Positions 10,883 to 22,622 of a stretch of DNA of 45,661 bases are shown piece by piece. The stretch covers positions 1 to 45,661 of the forward strand of contig CDMY01000596.1 in assembly GCA_001179505.1 (NCBI GenBank), read 5' to 3'. The translations under genes were made by a program, and so were the position numbers. Position 1 is the first letter of the stretch. Each line of letters starts with the position of its first letter. Under the pieces are notes generated by a model. That model was given only the letters and a program-made list of their open reading frames with translations. It ran no database searches and had not been told where the DNA came from. Source of the DNA: Vitrella brassicaformis CCMP3155. Lineage: Eukaryota; Protista; Chromerida.

Positions 10883-13800
10883 CGCTATCCATACGTGTCG
10901 CGTGTCTCATCCACCCACTCATCCACAAAACCTGTGTTGTGTGTACCTGTGTGTTGATGCACTTGGTGTTCTGCCCGCACGCCGCCAGGCCGGATGAGCA
11001 CTCATCGACGTCCTCGCAGAGGCCCCCGTTGACCACATAGCCCTCCGCACACCCGCAGTCATATCCCCCCTCCGTGTTGACGCACGACACACCAGAAGGG
11101 CACAGCTCGCTCGGCTGGTCGCTCGCGCGGTCCGCCTCGCACTCATCGATGTCGCGACACACCTCAAAGCCATCGCCCTCATAGCCCGCGGGGCACTCGC
11201 AGGTGTAAGACCCCTCCGTGTTGGTGCACACGGCCTTCTCGTGACACACGCCTTCGGTGCCTTTCCTCTCGCCCACCGAGAGCACCATGGCGATGCTGCC
11301 GTTGCCGCTGCCTGGCGGACGGGATGGCCGGCCGGAGCCTGACGACCACCCGCGGCACTCGTTGACATCCTGGCAGTGCTGCCCGTCGCCCTTGAAGCCC
11401 GCGGGGCAGCTGCATGTGAAGGGCGGCCCCTCGCTGCCGGCGACCGGGCGGCAGTCGGCGTTGGGGTGGCATGTGTCGCATGAGTCCACCTCGGTGGACG
11501 ACTGCAGGGACAGGTTCGTGCCGTCGATGCCCGACGTGCCGAAGCAATCGCCGCCGTCAAAGTCATACCTGCACACACAGACAAAGAAAGGGACAGAATA
11601 ATGAGACAAGGGTAGGGTGCTTTCTCGTCCATGGTGCTGTCTGTGTCAGTCAGGTCAGGGCCTGCCCGACTCACTTGGTGGTGTTGCAGACTTGGTCGCA
11701 CACATCGTCCCCGATCCACTCCATCGAGCAGTGCGGCCCGTGGCTGTCATCGCTGTCGCCTGCCTCCCCGTCCTCACCCGATGAGGGCGACGGCGGCGTC
11801 CGCAGCTTCACCTCAGCCAGGTGCACCTGGTGCTTGTCAAACGCATCTTGAGCGAAGAAACCCAGGAAGGCCTTGGAAGGGAACACCCCCGAGGCGCGCA
11901 TGTCCTCGCTGGTGGCGGCCGCGGCCTCCTCCTTGCTGCGGAGCGGCACTGGGCGGATTGTAAGCTCGCCAACGGTGTCTGGCTCGCCCCACAGGAAGAG
12001 CTCCTCGCTCAGGTCAGGCTGCAGCAGAAAGTCGGTGGCATTGGTGGGCAGTGAGTAGAGAATGGGTCTTAGGATGCCGCCCTGCTGGAAGGAGAGCTCG
12101 CCGAGCACGTCGTTCTCGCTGACGAACAGTGTCTTGGTGGTCTGGCCGTTGGTGCGGTCGTAGGTGAGCTCCAAGAAGGCCTCCAGGAAGTGACCGTCGC
12201 GGAGGTCACGGGGAGTGCGGTAGTACTTGAAGGGAATGCTCACGTACTCCTTCTGCACACCCACACGCACAGACGACACACACACGGTCAGCCCAGCACA
12301 TCGATAAGTCACTCGTGCGGTCCGTCTGTGTGACCTTGGTGTTGGAGGCCTCTCTCTGCTTCTCGGTGGCGAACAGCCATGAGCGGTGTACGAGTTGGTC
12401 CTGGCCGTCGACAGCAGGTGGAGCGGGTCTGGGGTCCTTGCTGTCCTGTGCCAGGTGGTGCTGGCTCATCTGCCACACCTCGCCGCGCCACCAGCCCGTC
12501 AGCTCGGTGCCGCGGCCACCCGCCAGCTCACTCTGGAGGGTCTCGCCCACACTCGCCACAAACACGCGGTCGCTGCCCGCCTTCATCAGCGGACCTGGTG
12601 GGTCAAGGAATGATTCGAATCAACAGGACGGGCAGTGTGTATCGTTCGCCTCTTCTGCTCGTCTGGTCTGGTCACCTTTGAATACGAGAGAGAAGACGAC
12701 AGTGGAAGGCACTCGTGCGTGTAAGTAGTAGATATGTTGGGAGGCGTCGTACATGAGCCGCCCGTCGTGGACGCCGAAGTCCTGATCCCGGTCGACGAGG
12801 GTGGCCGTGGTATCCTGTGTGACGGAGTTGGATGGCCCCGCCCAGCAGACGGAGCCCTCCTCGCTGTTGACGACGCTCTTGACGAACGACGAGTAGGTGG
12901 TGCGGATCTGGCGGAAGAACTCCTGCTGCCAGATGTAACCCACCACGGGCTGGTCACACGTCACCTAAACACCACACACCCATGCATACACAACGAAGTC
13001 ACTTCCCCTCCTCTCCCCTCTGTCTGTCTTTGTCTCACTCTCACCTGTAGGTTCGAGTCCGGGAAGAATATGTTGACTCCCGTGAATCGCGCGTAGGGCT
13101 CCTTATCGACCTCGAGCAGCACCATCTGTGAGTAGAACCGCCGCACCTCCACCACCTGCCGCTGCAGCGTCTCGTCAACCTGGTTCAGCTGCAGAGCCGA
13201 CCCGAGCTTGTCCAGGAAGTCGCCCAGGTCGATGCAGCCACACAAGCCGATCATACGACAGCCGGGGAGGGAGTAGGCCTGGCTGGCGGCCTTCTGGACC
13301 AGCACGCTGACGCCCTTGCCGCCGCATGAGTAGAGCGACTCGAGAAGGGTCTCAAACTGCTTCTTGAAGATGTTGAAGTCGCGGATGGCGATCAGCGACA
13401 TGGTCAACGGGTGGCTGCGCACATGGCTCTGTGTAGAGCAAATAAGGGACAGGGAGAGGCGGGATGACGACACGACATGCATCCATTCTCGCAGACTTGT
13501 GTGCCACCCATCGCATCTCACCTCATAGCCTTGCAGGAGGCTCTCGCCGTATTCGTAAGCCGTGGCAGCCCGCAGACCGTCAGCCGCACGAACAGTAGGG
13601 CGCAGGTACCTGACAACACCCACACATACGCACACACAAGCCGTGCCTGCCTGTCTGTCTGTCTGTCTGTGGGCGGTTTCTTCGGTTCTCCCCCCTACGT
13701 ACCTCCAGTTCCATCCGTGTCCTGGTTCGTTCTCCTCGCTGGCCATGAAGTAGTGCGTGAAGGGCCCCAGGCTCTCTATCACATTGTACGACGACATCAG

Positions 13801-15574
13801 ACACGCATCGAAGCCCAGAAAGGCAAACTTCAAGGGCAGCGCCCCGTTGCCCTGCCCCGTCTGCTGCGCCTTGTGCACTTCGGTCGCCGTCAGGCCGTCA
13901 CGCACGCCCTTCACAATCGACTGCAGCGACATGGACCGCCCGTCGCGGTTGCCGTCGTCCTCGCCGAACCCCGCCCACGCCGAGCCATGGTTCCTGCGGG
14001 GCGTGAGAAGGGGTGCGTGTGGGTGTTGTCCAGTTGGTGTGTGTGTGTGCGTGTCACGTACCACAGCGTGAGTGCGAAGTGTTCAGCGGGGAAGTCGTCG
14101 ATGGATCGTGTGATGAAGCTCGACAGCACGTCGGGGTCGTTCATGTCAATCTGATTGACCAGGACCACATACACACGCACACACACACACACACACGCAC
14201 AGGGCACATCACATGAATGCGATACACGTGCACGAACAAGAAGCACTTGGTTTCCCTTGAGGTCTCACCTCTCCATGGTCGCGCAGCAGGAGCCATTCGA
14301 ACTGGTTGCTCTCGCCGTTCCACACCATCAGCAGCTCATAGGCCCGCTCAAACTGCAGACGGATGTCGCGCTGCGGGGTCGAGTCTGTCAGGCCGGACAA
14401 GGGGCAGGCGTGGACGCGGCCGATGGGGCTGTTGGTGTGCCCCTGGGCACGGTCGATGAGCACCACCAATGTCAGCTGGCCCTCGAACAGCGGCCGGCGC
14501 ATCTCCTTGAGGTCCCATAGTGCCGACATCTCGAGGTTGTTGTCTGCGTGCATGAACACGAGGTGCGTCCAGTGGGACTTTTTGTAGCTGCCGCCCTTGG
14601 TCCGCTTCATGAGGGTGCCGCACACGCCACTCTCGGGCACACTCTCCTTGACCGAAGGCGGCTGCTCGTCCTCGGTGCTGCTCGCCACAAGTGTCGCCTC
14701 CTCCTCCCCTCGCTCTGTCGCGTCACTCTCTTGTTGCTGCTGGTCCTCCTCTGGCTGTTGTGTCTGTTGCTCGACTCCATCCTCCCTCTCTCCGTCTTGC
14801 TGCCCCCCATCATCTGGCGGCGCCCCCTGGCTGTTGTTGGCATCGCACCTGCCGGTGCCGTCGGTGTAGACAGGAACGAACACCCGTCCCTCGTCGCAGC
14901 TGAAACAGTTGTCGTCGGCCTTTGGGCAGCAGTCCTTTCTGCAGGTCATGCAGGTGGGGTGGCAGTGGCCGGGCATCTCCTCCTCGCTCGTCTTGGGCGT
15001 GCAGATGCCAGTGCCGTCCGTGTACTGGATGGCCAGAATGGACCCCTCGGGACACGACAGGCAGTTGTCGTACTTGCCCCTGCAGCAGTCGGCCCTGCAC
15101 GTATCGCATGACTCGTGGCAGTGGCCGGGCTTCTTGGCGTTGGAGGTCGACGGGGTGGGCTCGTGGTCAGACGCACTCGACAGCTGCTCGTCGCAATGGT
15201 CCCAGTAGCCCAGGAAGTTGCTTTGGCAACGACACGACCCCTTGCCGCAGTGAAACTCGTCCACGTAGCACCTGACAGAGCAAAGGGACGCACAAGTCAA
15301 TTAGCCACCGATCTGCGTTGCTGTCCGGTGTCTGCCTGGGTGTCGGTACCAACCATGGCTTCTCCTCGAGCAGCGACGGCGCGCATGGGTTGCCGAACAA
15401 ACGCGGAGCACAGGGACACCCTGACACGCACACCGAGCATCTCTCTGTGCCCTTGTGCACCATGCAGTGCGCTCACGCCTTCTCACCTGAGTTGCTCTCG
15501 AGGGCTGCGATCTCTCGCAGCAGGACCAGCACAGCGGTGAGGGCCACCAAGCGCCACGACCACCGAGGCGCCAT
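8970..15574 (-). CDS. Type-I membrane protein: signal peptide, kringle-like module, 2 furin-like Cys repeats, clostripain-family (C11) cysteine peptidase, LNR, 4 EGF/EGF-Ca modules, SEA-like domain, TM helix, UIM-bearing tail
   Basis: ATG at 15574 (MAPRWSWRLVALTAVLVLLREIAA). C11 motifs: WTHLVFMHADNNLE, IDMNDPDVLSSFI..FPAEHFALTLWNHGSAW (His at 13987-13989), FLGFDACLMS (Cys at 13801-13803), ASEENEPGHGW. LNR: CSMEWIGDDVCDQVCN..FDGGDC. EGF-Ca signatures DVNEC, DIDEC, DVDEC. TM exon 9975-9894 splices in frame into the 9827-8970 exon. Exons join in frame at GT-AG sites; some donor positions are approximate. Confidence 0.85.
10838..10882. repeat. Compound (CA)n(GA)n microsatellite in an intron; representative of many intronic (GT)n, (CTGT)n, (CCAT)n and (GACG)n tracts
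   Basis: Read directly from the sequence. Confidence 0.9.
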
Positions 15575-15769
15575 CGCTGGCACCTTTGATGATGAGGCAG
15601 GGCGCCCTCCCGCTATCGTCTCCAACTATCCAGCGCAGCGAGATCAGGATTCAGAACAGGACCGCGGCTGACGGCAGGGCATTGCCGAAAATATCAGGCT
15701 GGAAGTCCCGGCAATACAGCTGGCAAAACACGCGACTTCACCCAATACTCAAAAGCTCGCCATCGTTCG

Positions 15770-15791
15770 TAGGGTTTGGGTTCTAAACCCT
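15770..15791. promoter_or_regulatory. Inverted pair of telo-box-like motifs in the divergent intergenic region upstream of RPA2
   Basis: TAGGGTTT (reverse complement AAACCCTA) at 15770-15777 and TAAACCCT at 15784-15791 form an imperfect inverted repeat. Function is inferred only. Confidence 0.3.
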
Positions 15792-16004
15792 TTGCCCCGC
15801 GATTCATCTCCGCAGCGGAAACAAAGCAAAACAAAGAAAAAAGATGCATTTGATCACCATCTTCCTTGCGGGCCTCTGCCTGTTGTGCATCTTCGGCACC
15901 TACGTCTAGTGGATGATCGTGGACGCCGCCCTTCACCCTCCCGCGCCTCGTCAGCTCCCCGCCCAGGTCTACCACTGAGAGAGGCAGAGGCTCCCTCTCC
16001 TGAT

Positions 16005-19000
16005 ATGATGAGGAGTGCGGAGCGCCCCCGCACGCCTCATCCCACCAAACGGGCGCGGCCAACCAAGCCCCATGCGCCCACCTCACACCCGGTGACCACC
16101 AACCAGCCCGCCTCCCAGCCTACACCTCTTGTCAAGAAAGCTGTGTTCAGTCACATTCAGTCATTCAACTGGTTCTTACAATCAGCACTGCCCCGCATCG
16201 TGGCCGAGCTGCCGGCGTTCGAGGTCGACCCGCATGAGGACTTCGACTGGCGCTCGTCGTTCCCGAGACCAACGCCACCTAAGATCTGTAAGCCAGGGGG
16301 AAGAAAGAAAGAAACACAGCCTAAACCAGAGCATCATTCCATCTGCTGCATCTCTGTGTGGTGCTGTCCGTCCTTCCAGCCCTCAAGTTCTGGCTTCGGA
16401 GCGTCGAGGTGGGGCGCCCGACTCGGTTCGAAGACACCATGATGGACCAGACTCTGTTCCCCAACCACTGCCGGGAGGCTCGTGTGCACTACGCCGCGCC
16501 CCTGACCTTCAAGTGGGCATACCAGTGGTCTGACGAGGATGAGCCGACGGAGGTGGTCGATCCTGCGGGTCAGCTGCCGATCATGGTGCAGTCGATCAAG
16601 TGCAACCTGCACGGGCTGACGAGCGAGCAGATGGTGGCCCACAAGGAGGACGAGAACGACCCCGGCGGCTACTTCATCATCAACGGCAACGAGCGGCTCA
16701 TCCGGTTCGTCATCAAGCAGCGCAGCAACTACCCCATGCTGCTGCGCAAACACGCCCCCTTCAAGAGACTCGGGAAGCTCAAGTGCATGATCACCATGGC
16801 CTGCCTGCGCCAGGACGGCAGCCAGCTCGTCAACCACATCTACTCATTCCTCGACGGCACGGCCATCTTCCAGACTCTCATCAAGCGGCGGTCGGTGTAC
16901 CTGCCCTTCTATTTGCTGCTGCTGGCGACCAACCCACTGCCGGCCGGCGACCAGTGCATATGGGAGCGGCTCATCGACGGCGATGTGACCAACATGCAGC
17001 TGCTCTTCCTGGTGCAGACCCTCATGGACGATGCCAAGACCAGATTCTCAACACTCTGGCCGTCGCTCAGCAGGGACAAGGTCAGGTCACAACACACACG
17101 ACAGAGATGGATGAGATGGCTGAACCAATGGGTATTGTGTGATGTGTGGGCTGGTCCTGGCTGTCAGGCGCGTCAGCTGCTGGGTGACCTGATATGGGAC
17201 CACATTCGCGAGCTCGTGTCGCCGTGGTGCAGCTACCGCGAGTGCAGCACGCTGTTTCTGCGCAAGTATGTGCTGCCGCACGTGGACTCGGACGCCGCCA
17301 AGTTCGACATGCTGTGCTTCATGTGGAAGAAGATGATCAGCCGCGCACACCTCAAGGGCAAACACAAAACAACGGTAGGTATCATAACAAGGGAGGGGCA
17401 AAGGCAGGCAGCCGAGAGGGGCGGGAGAGTACCACGGATGTGTGTGGGGGATTTGTGTGTTTGTGATGCATGTGCGTGTGGTCAGTATGAGAACGTGGAC
17501 GCCTTTGCCTTCCAGGAGGTCATCACCCCCGGACAGATCTTCGGAGCCGTGTTCAGGGTACGCAGCCCACCCACCACCTCCTCAATCGCCTCCCTCTTCC
17601 TCTCCCGTCATGGATCCATCCTCCATGCATTCCGTGATATGTCAGGACGTGTGTGAGCAGAACTTGATGAGGATGCGCGGATCCTTCTACGGCGAGGCGA
17701 AGCAGGCGCGCAACAACAATGCCGACCCCGTGGCGCACCTCAAGTCGGCCAAGGTGTTCGAGAGGCGTGCACACGGGGCGTCGCTGGAGATCAGCTCACG
17801 CATGATCAACTTCGTCGCCACGGGCAACATCAAGACAGAGCACCTCGACCTACTGCAGGTGTGTATGTTATATGTGAGGGTGGGGAGGGAGGGAGGGAGG
17901 TGCGCTAAAGGAAAATGTCCGTGCGTGTCTGCTTGTGTGTGCTTGTGTCCTGGCTGTGCTGTGCTGTGTCGTGTTGTTTTCTTGTGTGCAGACGGCTGGT
18001 TGGTCCATCTCGGCTGAACGCATCAACTGGTACCGATTCCTGGCGCACTTCCGTGTGGTCCAGCGCGGCAGCAGATTCATGGGCTCACGAAACACCATGG
18101 TAACACATAAGCTGTCCATATGGCGTCGAGAACCTCACCCTCTTTTGTTTTGCAGCCTCGCAAGTTGCGCCCCGAGACGTGGGGCTTCCTGTGTCCCGTC
18201 CACACACCCGACGGCAGCCCATGCGGTCTTCTCCTCCACCTCACACAAGACGCATATGTGGTGAGGACATGGCACACCACAACACGCGCACACAGACCCA
18301 CATTGCCCCTCTGCAATCGGTCTGTCTGTCTGTCTGTCTGTGTGTCAGACGAGCGCCCCCGTGGGGGCCTCCACTTTCGACCGCGTGGCGAAGGTGCTGA
18401 CACGTCTTGGGTGCCTGGTGACATCTGCCAACGAGGCGCCGCCCTGGGGGCTGCCTGGATCGTGGGCGCACATTATCCTGGACGGCCGCATCATCGGCCG
18501 CGTCCAGATGGAGCTGCTGGAGCGGGTCTCTCTGTCGCTGAGAATGTGGAAGATACTCGGCTTCGCTGGGCTGCCCGAACACATGGAGGTCGTCGCTATC
18601 GGCCAAAATTGCGGGTGGGTGGACAGGACGATGGTCGGCAAGGGTGTGTGTGATGGGAGGCGGAGGGAGGGGTGGCATGTGCATGTGTCGGGCCCCCCTG
18701 TTGGTCGTGTGCAGGTTCTACTATCCTGGTTTGTATCTGTTCACGACCCCTGGCCGTGTGGTGCGGCCCGTCAGGAACATCAGAGCATGGCGGTCAGTCA
18801 GCCAACACACCAGCACCACATTCACCACACACCACTCATGCCTTCCTCCTTCTTGTTTCTTCTACCTACTGTTCAGGCCCGAGTGGATCGGTTCCCTGGA
18901 GCAGGGGTGGCTCAACATCGCCGTCTTCGAGACGGACATCTTCGACTTCTCCGTCGACAACCTCTGCCTGGACATGCGCCAGATGAAGCGTCTCAAGGAC

Positions 19001-19992
19001 CAGAAGGGCGCCGACTCGCTCACCGACAAGGAGCTGCTGCACATCTGCCGCAGCACCGACCCCAAGGAGCTGTCCGACAAGCTCGACATCATCGCCAGCC
19101 AGCAGGACGTCAAAATCAAGGAGATCAAGGCGGCCATTCGCCAGGCCAAGGAGGAGCGACAGGCCCGCAGAGAGGGGCGGGAGCGGCAGAAAAAGAAGAA
19201 GAAGAAGCAACGCGCTGAGGGGGGAGGAGCGGGCGATCCCGAGGTGGATGTCGAGACCTCTGACAGTGAGGATGAGAAGCGCGCCGAGAACATGCGGATT
19301 GAGGCGGTGGTGGAGCTCTTCCGCATCGCAGAGGACCGCAAGCACACGTTCGAAGGCCTGGACGTGACGATGATGCAGCGCGTGTTGGACGCCTGTCCGG
19401 CGCCCACCCACGAGAAGCTGTGTGTAGCCGACATGATGGACCGGCACATGAAGGTGGAGGACATCCTGAGTGAGGGGGTCTACTGGGACATGCGGCCCAA
19501 GGAGCCCGCCGGGACCGTGTGGCTGGACGACGAGTTCGACCTGTACGAGAACTCGCCTGTCAAGTACACACACGTGGAGATGAAGCCGTCGGCCATGCTC
19601 TCCATCATGGCCTCACTCACGCCCTTCAGCAACCACAACCAATCGCCCAGGTGGGCACAGACATAGCCACACCCACAGCCACACACACACGTGTGCATGC
19701 TCTCTCTCTCTCTGTGTGTGTGCGTGTGTGCAGAAACATGTACCAGTGCCAGATGTTGAAGCAGACCCTTGGCATCCCCTTCCACAACACCGTGTACCGG
19801 TTTGACGTCAAGTCCTACCACCTGCACACGCCCCAGCGGCCCATCGTGCGCACCCACGAGTACGACAGCTACAACTTCGACACATACCCATGCGGCACCA
19901 ATGCCATCGTCGCCGTCATCTCCTATAGCGGGTCAGTCCAGACAAACAAGACACCTTATCCATCCACCGTACATCTACGGCTGGGCCGGTGT

Positions 19993-20023
<31 letters not shown>

Positions 20024-22622
20024 CTGTGTGTGTGTGGAAGGTATGACATGGAGGATGCGATGATCATGAACAAGGCGTCGATGGAGCGGGGACTCTGCCA
20101 CGCGTCCGTCTACAAGACCAAGGTCATCGAGGCCGCCCCACCCGGACTCGACATCGTCAGCGCAACACCACACACACACCGCATACACTGAGCGACGACC
20201 GCACCGCATCGCCCCTCCTTCTCTCCCCGTTTTTGTTTGTGTGGTCAACAGAAGTATGCCAGCCCGTATCGGTTCAACAACCTCGACGCCAGTGGTGTGC
20301 GGGCCGTCAGCTCTCTCGACAAGGACGGCCTGCCCTTCATCGGCTCCAAAGTCACCGAAGGCTCACCCCTCTACAGGCATGTCAACAAGACCACACATAC
20401 ACACATACACACACACACTTTTTTCTCTCTCTCTGTCTGATTTGGTGCAGGATTGAGCACTCGGCGACTCGTGTGGCCAAGACGTCCTACTACAACGACG
20501 AGGAGGACGCCTTCGTGGAGCGCATCAACCGCATTAGCCCACCTGACGTGGCCGCCTACCGCAAGCAGATCTCACAGGTCGGCAAGAAGGGCGGCGGGGC
20601 CTTCTGCGCCGAGAGGGTGCTGCTCAAGCTGCGGTGCAACCGCAACCCCATTGTTGGCGACAAGTTCTCGTCGCGGCATGGGCAGAAGGGCATCCTCAGC
20701 CGACTATGGCCACACGAAGACATGCCATTCACTGTGAGTGCAGTGCATGGAGAGAGGGGGAGGGAGGGACAGGCAAGGTGGTGGGCATATTGATGGATGT
20801 GTGTGTCTTCCATGTGTGTGTGTGTGTTGTGGGTGTGCAGGAGTCCGGTCTGGTGCCTGACATTCTGTTCAACCCCCACGGTTTCCCCTCCCGCATGACC
20901 ATCGGCATGCTCATCGAGAGCGTCGCCGGCAAAGTCGCCGCCATACATGGCACACCCAAACAGGCAAGCCGCCAGCAATCGGCGGGTGGATCATGGAAGC
21001 CTCTCTCTCCCTCTGTTTGTGTGCAGGACGGCACGCCGTTCCGCCGCTTCCCCAAGGTGCGCATGAACAAGCCCTGGCTCGACAACGGCGGCATGCGGGG
21101 CCTGTTGACCGACAAGGCCAAGCCCATCATGAAGGCGGTGGAGGGTTTCTTCATCCGGCCGGGCAAGATGGGCGGGCAGAAGCGGCCGGGGGTGCCTCTG
21201 GACGAGGAGGACAAGGGCGACGAGTGGGACGACAGCATCGACTACTTCGGCAAGGCGCTCACACAGGCCGGCTTCGAGTACTACGGCACCGAGCCCATGT
21301 ACAGCGGCCTCTTCGGGGGGCTCATGGAGGCCGACATCTTCATCGGCATCGTCTACTACCAACGGCTCAGACACATGGTCTCGGACAAGGCACAGGTGGG
21401 TGGGCGAGAGGAGAGGGAGGGGTGTGTGTGTTGGTGTGTGAACATATGTGTGTCGGTGTGATGGCTGGTGTGTGTGCAGGTGCGTGCGACCGGTCCGGTT
21501 GACATGAACACCCGCCAGCCCGTCAAAGGCCGCAAGCGGCACGGCGGCATCCGGCTGGGCGAGATGGAACGAGACTCGCTCATCGCACACGGAGCCGCTT
21601 TCTGCCTGCACGACCGACTCATGCACGTAGGCCATGCGCATACTGCCCACATGTGTCTGTGCCATCGGCTGGCATGGTTGGGGTGTGTGTGTGTGGTTCA
21701 TTCATTCAGTGCTCCGACGAGCACAAGACGTACGTGTGTCCGTCGTGTGGTTCGTTCACCTCGCCCGTGATGCCGCTGCGTGTGTCGGAGATGGAGCGTC
21801 ACGGCCTCAAGAGCGCCGCACTCAGGCCAGTGCCGCGGTGCCAGGCCTGCAAGGTGCCGTGCAGACTCGTTGCCCTCCCCTTCGTCCTCAGGTCAGCACA
21901 CACCACACACACCACACCACACCACACCAGACCACAACACAACACAACACAGCACAACACAACACACGGCCCACAGACACAAGAATGCCTGTGTGCTGAT
22001 TCCTTGGATGTAGGTACCTGTGCGCCGAGTTGGCGGCGATCAACGTGCACGTCAAGCTGGACCTCTCCAGCCGCGGCGAGCGCATCACGGTGCCGCCCGC
22101 CCCCGAGTCGGCCACGGGCCACTGGCAGATGCACAAGGGCATCCAGCCGCCCTTCAAGGAGCCCCACCCCCACCTCATGCGCCACTCACGAGCCGGCTGG
22201 ATGGCGGGCGTCAAGGACGAGGAGGGAGAGGGGGAGCTCGGCCTGCCATCCGGCCTCGAGCGGGGCCCGGTGCTGCCCACCGGTGGGGCGCGTGGTGGGG
22301 TTGGCGTCAAGAGGGAGGATGTGCCCGACAAGCTGGGCGTGGGTCGTGTGGTGGCGGGGCCTCAGCGGGTGCGGCAGCCGGAGATCAACGAACAAGAGGG
22401 GGAATTCTACTACTATGACGAATATGACGAGGTGCGCATCTGTGTGGATGGGAAGAGGAGGGCGTGTGGGGCTTACTTGTGTGTGTGGTGTGTGTGTCTG
22501 GTGTGTGTGTGTGTCAGTATCCCGACCAGGCGATGGTGGAAAATGAGATGGACGAGTATTTGGGTGACGAGGACGCCATGGATGAGGATGAGAGGGAGGA
22601 GCGGATGGGCTGCGCTGAGTGA
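16005..22622 (+). CDS. RPA2: DNA-directed RNA polymerase I second-largest subunit, multi-exon
   Basis: Motifs [148 protein letters not shown], and a C-terminal zinc site (CPSC...CQAC). The ER.IR..I..R.NYP, NMYQCQM and [11 protein letters not shown] variants are Pol I-type rather than RPB2 or RPC2. Confidence 0.95.
21897..21967. repeat. Pentanucleotide (CACAC/CACAA)n tandem repeat in an RPA2 intron
   Basis: Read directly from the sequence. Confidence 0.85.

Noticed and set aside
21897-21967. Short tandem repeats as a CRISPR-like or functional array
   Set aside because: Simple pentanucleotide microsatellite with no spacers, in a eukaryotic intron.
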